From Podarcis tiliguerta (taxonomy: Eukaryota), in assembly GCA_965153285.1 (NCBI GenBank), contig OZ229113.1: 64,000 bases of DNA. The stretch is one strand, 5' to 3'. Shown piece by piece: positions 1 to 12,965 of the stretch. A program made the position numbers and the translations under genes. The notes beneath the pieces are model-generated. The model was not told the DNA's origin. It saw nothing but the letters and a program-made list of their open reading frames with translations, and ran no database searches. Every line of letters begins with the position of its first letter. Position 1 is the stretch's first letter.

Positions 1-826
1 CCCATGGTCATGGACCTGAAGGTGTATGACTTAAGTTGTTCCAAATGAGGGACTTTTGGGTGGGGAGAGTAGAGGTGTGCAAACGTATTTTGTCTCCTTT
101 ATTATTTCTTGTGTTGAATAAGGAACTGTGTGAGAGAGAAATCACATTCCAAATCAGCCCACACAAAAGGCACATGAATAGGAAATGGGTCAAATCAAAG
201 ACAGGCCACAACAGATAAAATAGCATTGAAAACGGAGATCGCTTCCACTGCTGCTGGATATCTTGGAAGCTGCAGGAGTACAACTCCCATCATCCCTGAA
301 CACTGGACAGGCTCTTGTGGGAATCTCTCAACACCTGCCAATAATAACTGATAGCCATCTATGTTGGTTAATATATTGCTATGGTAAAGACCTTGGGTTG
401 TTTTGCAGTCAGTTCCCTTACTTTAGGGATCATGCTGCACAACGGAAGACCCTCAAGGCCAAACCAGAACCTTTTCTGCAGAGTTGTCCTTCCTTACCAT
501 CTGCTGCTCACAAACCAGAGGCAAGAGAAAGGTGTGGAAAAGCTGCTGACTGTGAAAACAGATATTTCTCATAGTCCATGCGGTTGGATGTGGAAGGGGG
601 CTTAGCCCACCATCCTCCAGGCCCTCCTCAATGCAGCCGTCTCATATGACCATGTGCTGATGGTGAGAGCACATACATGCAAGCAGCTGCAGTCGTATTT
701 CTTAGCTCTTCACTCACTTCCTCCAGTTTGCAGGGACCGATTTTGGTCATATGGCATTCTGAGCATGGACCAAATTTGATTCCTTCCCCCCCCCCCCAAA
801 AAAAAACCTTCTTATTTTCACAATAA

Positions 827-873
<47 letters not shown>
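827..873. repeat. (TTAC)11 microsatellite
   Basis: Seen directly. Confidence 0.95.
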
Positions 874-1474
874 TTGTTATTCTTTTGTGCCCCCTTGGCT
901 TGGCACCCACACCACCCTGCATCTGGCCATGGTTTCCCTCTGCATGTTCATGAAATGCCATGATTGCTTGTGCTTGTGATTCGCATAGCCTGACTGTGTG
1001 AATCAGTCCTCAGATTCAACTTCCTGGTTTGCTTGTTCTCCCAGCTAAACAGATACCTAGAAAACTGCCAGGGCAAAGTGTTCTAGATGAAGTGGAGTGA
1101 CCTGTTATTCTGAAACAATTATATTTTCCAAGAGAGTTTCATTCAGTAGCCGCCGCATGGAATGTTGCTGAGCACCAGGAGACTTCAGACTGATGTAGGA
1201 TGGAGCATGGGATGTGAGGTTAAAAAGGAATGCTCTGATAATTTGGCAAAAAAGAAGAAGGGTGGAGCAGGCTGCTACAAGTATGCTAGTTATCATTTCC
1301 TCCTCTCATATGATACGATGCTAAATGTATCTTTGCATTTAGCCTGCAGGGTTGTTGCTTTTAAAATGAAAATATCAACCAACTGGGGCATGTGATAATG
1401 ATCAGGGTCATTGCAGGCATGGAAGGAGAAATTAATTATTTCCTCTGCTACTGTGAAAGCTGCTCTTGGAAATG

Positions 1475-1728
1475 CAGGGACGGGTAAGCAAACTTTTTCA
1501 GCAGGGGGCCGGTCCACTGTCCCTCAGACCTTGTGGGGGCCCAGACTATATTTTGGGAGGGGGAATGAATGAATTCCTGTGTCCCACAAATAACCCAGGG
1601 ATGCATTTTAAATAAAAGCACACATTTTACTCATGTAAAAACACGCTGATTCCCAGACCGTCCATGAGCCGGATTTAGAAGGTGATTGGGCCAGATCCAG
1701 CCCCCGGGCCTTAGTTTGCCGACCCATG
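1475..1728. mobile_element. Non-autonomous hAT (Charlie-like) MITE, degraded
   Basis: Ends CAGGG..GCAAACT / AGTTTGCCGACCCATG with GGGCC subterminal motifs; no clear TSD. Confidence 0.6.
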
Positions 1729-1735
1729 TGCAGAG

Positions 1736-2118
1736 ACATAGGAAGCTGCTTGACAGCTACCTGGAGTCAGACCACTGGTCCATTCAGCTTAGTACTGTAC
1801 ACACTGTCTGGCAGCAGCTCTCCAGGGTTTTAAGAGAGGAGACTTTCCTACTTAGGGCTGCCATGCACCCGGATTTTCCCAGACATTCCCAGGATTTCAA
1901 AGGCGGAATAGAAATTCCAGGGGGAATTTCCGAGAGGAGGCACTTTGTCCTGGACCTTAGGCAAGTCAATCAAAAAAGTGCTCTTTTTTCCGCATTTTGG
2001 GGGGCTTCCTGAAAAAACCTCAGCAACTTCCAGGCAACCCTATTCCTACTCCTACCTAGAGATGAATCCAGGAACCTTCTGCATACAAAGTAAATGCTCT
2101 CTCACTGAGCTACAGCCC
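1736..2118 (-). mobile_element. tRNA-head SINE (Squam3-like), interrupted by a hAT insertion
   Basis: ACATAGGAAGCTGC...GAGTCAGACCACTGGTCCAT tail and CACTGAGCTACAGCCC head in reverse; similar to the copies at 4830 and 45754. Confidence 0.65.
1853..2042. mobile_element. hAT MITE nested in the SINE
   Basis: TIRs TAGGGCTGCC / GGCAACCCTA; exact 8-bp TSD TTCCTACT (1845-1852, 2043-2050). Confidence 0.85.
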
Positions 2119-2973
2119 TTTGGGAGAGTGGGGAGCCCCTCCCCTCCATTTGCACTATAGCTGCAAATTTCAGTTTCCTTTCTGGGGCCAATAGAAGCTT
2201 GGGGGAGCAATTTTCATAGGGGAAAATAGAGATCATGGGAAATGGTTAAAGCCCCCTTGGAGTTCAATCCAGATAGGGCGCTTCCACAGCCCCACTTTTT
2301 TAAAAAACAAAAACACCATAGGAGCCAATTTCTAGGGGTTCGGGTCCCTTTGGTCTCCCAATAAAATATTTGAAGGGACCAAGCCCCCGCCCCCAAGTTG
2401 ATCAGCATTACCATTCAAATAGTGTGCATGTGCCACATCGTGTGATCAATTATGTGGGGTGCGGCTTACATGACCCCCCCCCCCAATATTTTATTCAAGT
2501 TGGCACCCAAGTTGTGTGCCATTTTCTTCTACCTGAGTCTATCCTGCGCATCACTCCTCCTTCTAGGTACATCTCCTCCTAGATACAGAGAACTTGCCAG
2601 GGGAGAGAACATGTCTGAGCATTCCAGGGAAGTGATGGAGGGTGTCTAAGTAACCACAGGGCTTCATTTCCCAGCCCACTCAAGGTGCTGAAGCCCTCAG
2701 TGTCCCGACTGGAAGATGAAGAAAACCTGCCCTTGGTACCTCCATTCATTGGAGCCTCCACTTGGAACCTTGAGAGGCAGTGAGGGGATCTGTGGAATCC
2801 TGAGCCTATCCTACTGATGTTGTGTGGTGACAGCAAGCTTGATCCAGGCCCAAACGCAGCACCAGCCAGGAGCTCATGCAGCAACCATCCAGCCTCCCAC
2901 CTCTGCCCCAGACTTGCTGCTCTGTAAAGCCCTGTCAGCTGGCAGGCAGTGTTTGGTTCCCCTACGTCTAGAG

Positions 2974-3466
2974 CAGGGGTCTGCAACCTTTAAGACAAAA
3001 AGAGCCACTTGGACCCGTTTCCGAAGAAAAAAAAACTGGGAGCCGCAAAACTCGTCATTATAAAAATAACTTTTTTGTCACTTTTTTATTATTTCTTTGT
3101 TTGACCCCTCAGAATTACTCCTCCTCATAGAAATAAACGTTAAATTAACAAGTTACCTTTTTTGGTGTGTGTGTTCTTCACTCCCCTTCAAAACAGTGAC
3201 CAGCGTACATGCCCCCTTTCAATGCAGTGACCAGCGTACATGCCCCTTACAATGTAGCGGGTGGGCGGGAAGGTGACATCGGGACGGTGCGTGACTAATG
3301 CACGCACCGCCCCCATGCGACATCACAGCCAGTACAGCGCCCGCCACAGTGGGGAGTGTCGGGGCGCACAATGTGCCTCCTCCCCTCGCTAGTATCCGCC
3401 CCGGAGCCGCGGCAAAGGTGTAAAAGAGCCACATGTGGCTCCGGAGCCGCGGGTTGCAGACCCCTG
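2974..3466. mobile_element. hAT (Charlie-like) non-autonomous DNA transposon, young
   Basis: Perfect 15-bp TIRs CAGGGGTCTGCAACC; exact 8-bp TSD GTCTAGAG (2966-2973, 3467-3474). Confidence 0.92.
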
Positions 3467-4544
3467 GTCTAGAGGAACATATATGGACCATTGGTCTGAT
3501 CAGGCATGATACTTTTTAGTATGTGAATTTTGAGCTCTGCTTTACTCCATGTGAGTGGTTCCATAATTCTGTGCTATAAACCTCAGATCAATTTCCCAGA
3601 AACGTTGTACTGCAAATGGAATAAATGTGCAATTTTTTGAAATGTGCATAACATAGTTAATTTGCACTTAAAAGCAATGATAACCAGAATCGAAGGTTTT
3701 TTAAAAATCAAAGTAAAGGAGGTTAATCCAGATTTCTACGAATGGGAAGAGCTGCAATCCTTTGTGTGACTTGCATTAGCCTGAAGATTTAGTAGAATGA
3801 GGGATCTTGCACCCATGTTTATATGCTAGGAAGGAATTCTGATGGGAAGGAAGAGAATTGAACAAGAAAGTAATATGGTATACAGTGGAGCTGGTGACCG
3901 AGACAAGAATTTCTTGGATATTGTTAGAGACACCATCCATAAGGAACTAGAAGAGCCAACCTATAGAAGCAAGGCACTGCCTGACAAGTGGGTTCTTGCT
4001 GATGCAGTCTTCCAGAGTCTGCAGACCGAGCATATAGCGCAGCTTCCAGTTGAGGTATCAATGCCATCTTTAAGTTGTACAGGCATGGTTCTTTTATATT
4101 ATGGTCACCAGGTGTTTTGAAGGAAATTTGTTGTTTATAACAGCAAAATGCCTTCTTACTGCGGAAAAAAAGGCCTCACTACATAACAGCTCTCTGCTTG
4201 CCGGCAGCCTTAATACCTTATGCCTACGCACAGAACCTTGAACTTTAATTACATCTGCTTTGATGCCCTCTCTTGGTTTTATGCATGACTTGAACATTTA
4301 CTGCTGTTTGGCCTACATTCTAAAAGCTCCATTACTGAAGTTCACCTTCTTTAAGCAAGCTAATTTTTGGCTGAGAAACCCTGAGGATATTTTTGTGCAG
4401 CTGTGTTTGCTTTATGCAGAAGGCAGAACAACACAGAATAGCTTGTACCATGATTACTCTGCTTTCCAAGCATCATTTGGGAGGATGGAGGGTGGGGGGG
4501 GTGGCACCTAGAGTTTAATGTTCTTTTAAAAATCATTCTAAACC

Positions 4545-4678
4545 AGGATTTTTTTCAGCCAGAACTCACTGGAACTCAGTTCCAGCACCAACCAGGTAGG
4601 TGCCATTGTCATTCTAAGAGAATGAAGGAGGTATTCATGGTGAGTTCCAACACCTCTTTTTCTAGAAAAATAACACTG
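4545..4678. mobile_element. Short hAT-like MITE remnant
   Basis: CAGG-T-run start, A-run-CACTG end, internal GGAACTC/GAGTTCC inverted motifs. Confidence 0.45.
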
Positions 4679-4829
4679 TTTTTTAACAACACTATGATCT
4701 TTTTGTCTAGTTATGACTTATGCAGGAATAGAGATTGAGACTAAATCACTTGGACCAGCAGAGCACAGCACGACTGCTTGAAATATTTACACCAATATAG
4801 TTACATGTTAGTGCTGGAGAAGGTGCTAT

Positions 4830-4998
4830 CACCAGTAGCTTAATGGTAGAGCATTTGCTTTGCATGCTGAAGTCCCAAGGTTCAATCCCTGGAGTCTCCA
4901 GGAAAGACTGGAAATCCTGGACAGCATTTGCCAGCAAGTGACAACACTGAGCTAAATAGATCAATGGTCTGACTCAGTATAAGGCAGCTTCCTATGTT
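4830..4998 (+). mobile_element. tRNA-head SINE (Squam3-like)
   Basis: A box TAGCTTAATGG, B box GGTTCAATCCC, tail TGACTCAGTATAAGGCAGCTTCCTATG. Confidence 0.75.
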
Positions 4999-7742
4999 GC
5001 CCCCAATTGTGTTTTTATTCACTTGTTTTTTGTCACCCTGAGCACCTTGGAGTGGGAGGGCGGGATACAAATTTAATAAATAAACTGTTGGGTCAGCTGC
5101 TTGCTGCAGGAGCCTGGGATATGCTTTACCTCAGCTAAGAGTTTAGAATGGAATTGGTTTGCTCAGAAAAAGGAGGCAAGCTGGAAGCAACTGGGAAACA
5201 AGTATCTGAAGAGTTACACTGATTGCTTCATGATAAATGTCCTGTCTTTATAAGCTAAGTTTACCTTAGCTCAGGGAATGTGATCCAATCAGACCAACAT
5301 TACAAAAAAGTGCCCCCTCTCAATGAGGGCGGTCCTATTAATCAAGAGTCTACATTTATCTACACTGGCTAAAGGACTGCATATGCATTTGGGCTCCATA
5401 AAGGAAAGGAAGAAGAGTATCCTGACAGGGCAGGAATCCACCACACCCTGCCAAGTAGTATCCTGGCTACACTAGTCCATAGGAAAAGGCATGGCTGCAC
5501 ATATTCAGTCTGAAACAGGCTTTGAAGCTTTTGTTTAAAGAGGTATATAAACTCTGGGCTTCAAAGCCCATGTTGTTCTATTGCAGCAGTTCCATCCCGA
5601 CTATGTTCCGACCCATTAGCAGCTGTGGAACTGTAGTTCTGGCGCTGGGTGGAGAATGCCTCAGGTTGTTTGTTGTGGCTCGTGGCTGAGGTTTCTGGTT
5701 GGGGTGGCTGAGGTTTCCGTGCAATAAATACAATCGCCTGTGTGAGGTAATTAATAATAATAAAAAGGCTGGATTCAGCAAGAGTCATAAAATTACACAG
5801 CAGAGTCATAAAATTACAAAATTGTGCAGCACAGTGAAGCATGAGGAGCACAGGTTGCAGACACTTTAAATATCCCATTTAGTCTGCTTACAGTGCTTCC
5901 CTTCTCTATTCCTCTTGCAGTGAACAGACCATAGCATTCATAAGTTTAAATGCTTTGCTTAAAAGCTCCAGCAAAAAGCAGCAGCAAGAAGAACACAGGC
6001 AGAAATATTGGGTTTGCAAAATACAGAAAAATACTTCTGAACGCATGGTCTTAACTTGAAGCAGTCGAGCCCAGACATATTGCCTGGTTGGCTTCACATG
6101 GTGGAAGAGAATGAAGAAAGGTTCACTTCCTCCTTCACTACATAAGAGGGGCGTGACTTAACTGAGTCTAGCAATACAATTCAGTGATCTTAACCCCTTC
6201 ATGCATTAACCAGCCCTAAGCTTGCTAGTGATATTTGATTGCAATTTCCCAGAGTTTCTGGGCTGTGGGGTATCCTGAGGCCAGGATACACAGGTGGTGG
6301 CCATTTTAGGTGCATCCAACTGATGCACAATCGCCAACGTGCAGGTCCTTTCAATATTCCTTAAAGAGCCTAGAAATTTCAACAGAATCCCTATGGAGGG
6401 TGTCTATCTGCACGTATCAAATGAATCATGATGGCAACACAGCATGAAAGGCCAGTCTTTCCTCCCAAAATGACTATCAAGATCTCATCATGGATGCAGA
6501 TGTGTACCTGCATCAAAAGTGCTGTGTGTGTAGCTCTTTGTATACAAATCCCAGAAGAGTAGCAAAGACAACAAAAAAAAAGTCCTATGGCACATTAAAG
6601 ATTAACAAAGAACTTGAAGGTGCCACAAGATCCTTTGTTGTATTTGCATACTGTGCCCTTTCTCACACAACCATCTTTAGGATGCATTCAGATCATTTTT
6701 CTGCCATGTGTGCATGGAGTTTTGTTTTGCTTTTTAAGGTGTTTAGGTGTTGCAAACTCCCTCTTCCTCTTAGCAGCTTAAGTTTCGGTCTCTGGTGAAG
6801 TCACTGATAATCCCAATAGTTCTACAAGAGCACACAGCAAAAACAAAGCAGCAGACACCAGATTAACGTCGCATAAGAAGAAGCGGGGGGGGGGGGGGGG
6901 GACATATTCCACTGGGAAAACTCACAAGTCTCCTGCTTCCAACATACAGGTATTAGTTCTTCTTTTACATCTCCCAATAAATGTGTTGTTATAAGAAGTA
7001 ACCTTTATGAAAGGAGAGAAGCCCTTCATGTTCCTTGGTCTTTAAAGTGCCAGTGCATTGCAGCCCTCGCTTAAACCTCCAGGGAAGGTGCTATGAAATC
7101 AATGCTGTCATTAAAGTGTTTGGGAGGTCCAGAAGGAAATAAAGAAGGGAAAAACAAGGCAACTTAAAAACAAACCCTTAGGATGAATTGGGTAAATGCT
7201 ATATTTGGAACGTTTGCTGAGATTTCCATAAGGTTGCCATGGAATATGCATGCATTAAAAATGCATCTTAAAAGGACAGATCTATTTGGCAAATTCATGC
7301 ATTGCTCTTATAGCTTCTCTTGCAGTTTTAGTTTATACATTTTAAAATATGCCACCCCAATGAGATCATTTTTTTAGCCACTTTGTCTTCTCCAGTACCT
7401 ACTTCAAAAATGGCTTTTTGGCTACCACCCAATGATTTCCCTGCTTGCCTTCCTTCCACCCAGCTGAATCTTCTTACTTTTTTTTTTAAAGGGGGAAATG
7501 TATACAGTACATCTGAATATTTTGCATACTTTCCCATGCATTTAGAAAATGATGGTATAGCACTATTTTAACCAAAATGAAAAAAATACTAACACTTCCT
7601 TTCCCTCCCACAAATAATTTTAGTTTGCATTTGCTTGATGTAGAATTATGACCCTAAATTAGAATGGTCCATGCACCCATGTAGCATTGTAAAAACAGTC
7701 AATGAAGAGTTGTAATAGGGGAAGCCCAGCCAGATGGGCGGG

Positions 7743-7743
<1 letters not shown>

Positions 7744-7777
<34 letters not shown>
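7744..7777. repeat. (TAT)n microsatellite forming the tail of a LINE/SINE 3' end
   Basis: Follows CCCAGCCAGATGGGCGGGG, which also occurs reversed at about 53795-53810. Confidence 0.8.
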
Positions 7778-7780
7778 GCC

Positions 7781-7883
7781 AATGCAAGTCCTACTCAGAG
7801 TAGACCCACTGAAATTTATAGGCATAATTTAGTCATGCTCATTGATTTCAATGGATTTACTCTGAGTAGGACCCTATTGCATT
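7781..7883. mobile_element. Palindromic MITE-like element
   Basis: Arms 7788-7815 and 7845-7872 are about 25/28 complementary (GTCCTACTCAGAGTA...TACTCTGAGTAGGAC). Confidence 0.65.
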
Positions 7884-9397
7884 ACAGGATGTCCTTGGCA
7901 GGCTTCTAGTAGTGGGATCTGTTAGTTGAATCTGTCTCATACTTTATGCATTTTGACATTGATTGACATGACAATTGACCTGGCATGTTTCTGTTAGAGA
8001 AAAAAATAAAAACAAACAGAAATTATTGTATAACTTCTGCATGCAAAGAACCTGGGTAGCTGCCTTATCCTGAGTCAAAACATTGATCCATCAAGCTCAG
8101 CATAGTCTCAAATTACTTGCAGAAGCTCTTCTGACATCAACCCCAAACATTCTTGCTCTCTCAGGCATTTGGAGAGAACCAGTGAGACTTCAAAAAAAAA
8201 TTTTCAGGGTTTTAGACTGTTCTGTGCTTCTTTAAAATATACTTTTAATTGTTGGTTTAACTGGCGTGGATTTTTGCAACTGCTGTTATTTTTATGATAT
8301 TCTGGAAACTACCCAGGGATTACTGTGATTACTTATTTAGATATGTATACACCACATTTTTCTTAAGCCTGCGAACAACATACATTATTGCAGGATCAAT
8401 AAAACATCAGTAAGAAAATAACAATAAAAAGTGCTGGATGATCTACACATCTAGATAATAGAATACATGGTACCAAGGATCCTTATGCAAAGGCCTCTCA
8501 TTTTCCACTGGAAGCTGAAATGGAGGGGTTACTGGGGCCTTTTTTTGGAAAGTCCCTCCTTGTTCAAGGAGGCTACTGACAGGAAGGCAGGGGGCAAGAA
8601 GTGAAATCTGTTGAAATGGTATGTGGCAGAGCTGGCCCAGCCATAGGGCAGGATGAGACCACTGCTTCAGGCAGCAGAAGCCTCCATGGGTGCCCCACCA
8701 TTGGCACTGATTTTGGTCCAGTAGCAGACGCAGCAGCGGCAGGAGTAGGTAGATGGTAGCGGCAGGGCAAAGCAGCCCCTTCCGTTTTGCCAGCAAGCTG
8801 CCCTGGTATGTGATATTGTTCCTTTCTTGGCAAACCTTCATAAAGGAACTCCTGACAGCCACTGCCAGGAGGCTGTTATGTACATGCTGGATAGATCATT
8901 CCTGGAAGGGACACAAGGCATACAACTGGCCTCTGTATTGTTGGTGCATGTTGTTCTACTCTGAATTGCCTGCAATCAATTGCAGAGATGCAAAGAACTG
9001 CAAGCTCTCAGGAGAGATCAAATGCCATTTGATAAGTTGTGAGGGATTTGGCGACATCTTGACGCCAGGTGATAAATTTGTGTGTTACTAGAACTGCAAG
9101 CTCCTTGGCCTTAGCTTTGCAAGTTCACCCTTCCTCCTGTTCTCATGATGGCAATTCAGCCATGGCATACGTAATATTAACAGGGCTGCTGCCATGGTAG
9201 ACCTATCAGAATCACAAATCTGCTCTGAACATGGTCCGAGCTCATTTCCAAGGCCACACCTACACAGCCGCAGAGCCAAGCCATCGTGTTGCTTTCCCTG
9301 AGCTGCCTTGCTGTTCTCTTATCTCATTTCATTTCACTGGCCTGCGTGTTTGTGTGAGTGAACACCATTGGACATACTGTGAGTCTCTTGTTTGTAA

Positions 9398-9445
<48 letters not shown>
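9398..9445. repeat. (AAT)16 microsatellite followed by an imperfect (GTT)n
   Basis: Seen directly. Confidence 0.95.
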
Positions 9446-9446
<1 letters not shown>

Positions 9447-9744
9447 TTGTTGTTGCTGTTGCTGTTACTACAATTATACCATTTTTGTTTGATGACTGAG
9501 AGATTGAGATTTCAAGTTATTTTTAAAAATTTTCATCTGTCAATTCTGCAACCAGCTAACCCTCATTAACAGCTAATGGAAATCACAGGGTAATTATGCT
9601 GAGAGGAAAGGAGAGATGTGCCGGGACGTATATTTCTTTTTGACCAGTAATGGATGGTATGAGCCTGGAAACTTGGTAATACAGGTGCATAGTAGGAAGT
9701 TGGTTTAAAGGTTGATGCTCTGAAACAAGAATGTCATATAAAAA

Positions 9745-9835
9745 TACTGTAATGGCCTGAATATAAGCCTCACTTTCCCTCCCAAATTCCGACTGTGAAA
9801 AGTTAAAGTGCGGCTTATATTCGCAACCTTACAAA
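9745..9835. mobile_element. End of a Tc2/pogo-like MITE
   Basis: TA-CTGTAATGGCCTGAATATAAGCCTCAC ... GTGCGGCTTATATTC subterminal inverted motif. Confidence 0.5.
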
Positions 9836-10474
9836 AATTGGCTTGGAGCAGGCTTGTCCCCAGATGTTGCCTGGTTTTGGCTGGGCCGGCTCCCAAGATG
9901 GCGGCACGGCAAGGGGGTCCCTGAGAGGGAGTCAGAAGGTGGTGAGGAGGAGGAAGGGAGGGAGGAGCGTGGATGAGAGAGCGAGAAGGTCTGCTAAGAG
10001 GAGGAACAGGAGCTGCAGCCGGTCTGCTGCAACTGGCGCTAGCCCACCGAGGTGCCTGGCTTTAGCCCACTGAGGGGCGTGTGAGTCCCGACAGCTGCTG
10101 CCTCTCTCCACCCGTACCACCTGAGAAGGGGTGTGTGCTTGTACTTATAGCTTGATTGGACCTAGGGACATTTATTGTGTACATGTACAAACTGCCGTTG
10201 GGCAGATGGATTGCAGAACTCGATAGTGGTGATTGTAAGATGTACAAACGATGGTGACCAAATCACAAACTCTATCATTAGGTGTGATATAGCCCGCCAA
10301 AAATCTGCCAGAGAGCCTAGGTTCCTGTGTTTATGGTGAAACCTAGACTGGAGCTGTTCTAGGGGACTGGAACACGTAAGATACTGAGGCTGGATTGAGA
10401 CACATCAAAGAAACATTTCATAAACGTGTTCTAAACTTTATATGACAAATCGGGTTGGCAAAAACAGAACTCCA

Positions 10475-10492
10475 CAGCGCCACCTGGTGTCA
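10475..10492 (-). promoter_or_regulatory. Candidate CTCF binding site
   Basis: - strand TGACACCAGGTGGCGCTG closely matches the CTCF core CCASYAGRKGGCRSY. Confidence 0.55.
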
Positions 10493-11484
10493 TGGTGTTA
10501 GAAAGGATAAACAACACATATAAAGTGCTTTTTCTTTGCCAGTGTAGCTGAGTCCTGATTTCCCCCCCCCCCGCCCTTAGCAATACATTGATAATTATCT
10601 GATGCTGTTAAATTAACTTTCGTCTTTTTCCCCTTTTTTTCCTTGGCATTTTGGTAAAAAAAAGTGATTCCATGCATCACGTAGATGACTAAGGGTTTAG
10701 GCTTAAGTTATTAAATACAGTACAAACAAATTCCATGTTACGGAGGCAAGCACACTCTGTACATGCTCATGCTATCCATTCATTTCTGAGGCTCATGATT
10801 CTTAACTGTTTCTCCTCCTATACAACTTAAAATACTTAGGCTGTGTCACATTTTGATTGGACACAATATTGGCAGCACATTTTCCTTCTCAGTAAGCCAA
10901 ATGGCAACAGCCTTGTCTTATACCATTTAAAAAAAAAAAAAACCAGCCCACCAGAATATGGCTTATTATATGATACTGAGTACACAACTCTGGCACACTT
11001 TTAATCAAAGAGGTAGCCAGCTAACCATGGCTTACATCAGAAATAAGACAACAGTCCAGCAGCAGTTTAAAGCTGGCAGGTGTAACAATATGCTTTTGTG
11101 GGTTACTAAGAATGATGCATCTAGTGAAGTGGAGTCTAGCCCAAGACAGTTCATGCCACTGTATTTTTAAGAGACTAGTACTGTTTGTTTTGTTATAATG
11201 TTCAAGCAGCACTATGATCTGCTTGACAATGTCATCGTGAGGATAAGAAGATTGTAAAACAAATTGGTTAACTTAAAATGCTGTTACAAAAAGTAGAATG
11301 GTGCAGGTAATGGTTCAGAGCCTACATGCAGGCAAGCCTGTCCTAGCACACAGCCCCATATTGGATTGCCAAAGGCCAACATGTCAAGTCCAACGTCTGT
11401 AAACATGACTATCCTAGTTGTGGCCCAGAGTCTGTTCATCTTTTGTTCTTTAGGCTGCTGTGAGCGCATGTCAGGACACTAATA

Positions 11485-11706
11485 CAGTCGTACCTTGTCT
11501 TGCGGCTGGGATCTGTTCCGGAGCCCCGGTCGCTCACTGAAAAGGACGTAGGGCAAAGTGCTGTGTCTGTGCACGGAGCGGTTTGCACTTCTGCACGTGC
11601 GCAAGCAACAAATCCGGAAGTAACCCATTCCAGTATTTCCGGGTTTACCGTGGACATTCGCCAGAATGGACGCTAGACAAGGTGGACGGTCACGGAGGTA
11701 TTACTG
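11485..11706. mobile_element. Tigger/pogo-like MITE
   Basis: TA|CAGTCGTACCT ... AGGTATTACTG|TA. Confidence 0.7.
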
Positions 11707-12489
11707 TACCCATTAAAAATCTCCACTCCTGCAAATGGTGGTCTAAGAACAAGGCACACCCCCCCCCCCACGACACAAGGGTAAGCATGGAAGGGGAGAC
11801 CATGCCTCAAAGTATGGCACCTGTACTTACTCCAACTCCCCCAAGGAAAGAAAGATGTGGAAAGCACTCAAGGCCACAGAGTATCTCCCACCAGAATAGG
11901 GACAAAATGTGGATTGGCTTAACATCATTACCTTGTACAAGGGGATGTAGGGTAAATCTGTACTGTGCAAAAACAGAGGCCCTGGTGGCCGCTATAACCC
12001 CACTGCAAACAAACTTCCGCTACATCCCAGGGAAAGCAACGAGGAGCACAATAGCAGACTCGTCTTTGGGTATTGCCACTGCTGGCCAAACAGTAACGAC
12101 TCTCATGCATGCAGGATATGAACCAGGGCATATGGAACAGAACTGAAACTACAGAGCAACTCCCTACTGTAGAAAAGATGAGTAACGTTGCAAGTGGCTA
12201 CCTTGTGTTCTACAACTGGTGCAGCTGGAATGGAGACCCTGAGAGCTTTTCATTGGGAGAGGAAGGAGAAAGATGAGATATGCGGAATGTAAGAATCCCT
12301 AGGTGATATGACACTCTTCCCCATATTCACTCACGTAACAGCGCCACCTGCCCGCAATGAGCATCTAGTCATCACTGTTCTCGGGTTTCTCTTGTCGCTC
12401 CACAAGCATCCAGGCAGCTGTTCTCTACCTTTTTCCCTGCCAAGGACTCAAGGCAGCTTACAGATAAAAATGGTGGCCCTGCAAAAACA

Positions 12490-12965
12490 AATTAGACATG
12501 AGCTTGCAATATCTCCAAATCTGGGAGAGTTGTGTACTGCTATTAACCAAATGAAAAACAAAAAAGTCAGCGCATCTGATAGGATACCTGCCAAAGTCTT
12601 CAAAGTGGGCAGAACTGAACTTCCTACACACAAGCTCATCAGAAAAATCTGGGAGAAGTGATCCCAGCAGACTTTAGGGATGCCAAAATTATCAATTTTT
12701 TTTTAAAAAAGGTGATAGAATGTATTGCGAAAATATTGAGGCATCTCTTTATTAGCTGCAGCCAGCAAAATTATTGAAGGATCTTATCAAACCTCCTAAC
12801 TATATCTGAGGACACCCTTCCTGAATCTTGGTTTTCGACCTTCTAGGGGGGACAGTAGGTATGATTTTCACTGCTCGACAGCGTCAAAAAAATGCAGAGA
12901 GGAAACCCAACTCCTGTATATGGTGTTTATTGACCTAAGGCCTTCGACACTGTAAATCATAACGG
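12490..12965 (+). mobile_element. RTE-clade LINE ORF2 (reverse transcriptase) remnant
   Basis: Degraded ELCTAINQMKNKK-S-SDRIPAKVFK, IPADFRDAKI, GFRPSRGT, LYMVFIDL motifs with stops and frameshifts. Confidence 0.8.

Noticed and set aside
4830-4900. tRNA-like A/B boxes (also at about 47160-47239)
   Set aside because: They are SINE heads continuing into SINE bodies, not tRNA genes.
9231-9569. ORF with poly-Ile/poly-Leu that looks like a transmembrane segment
   Set aside because: Artefact of the (AAT)n/(GTT)n microsatellite.
11583-12146. 187-aa ORF, the longest non-USP9X ORF
   Set aside because: It starts inside a Tigger-like MITE at a non-ATG codon, has no recognisable domain and no splice structure.
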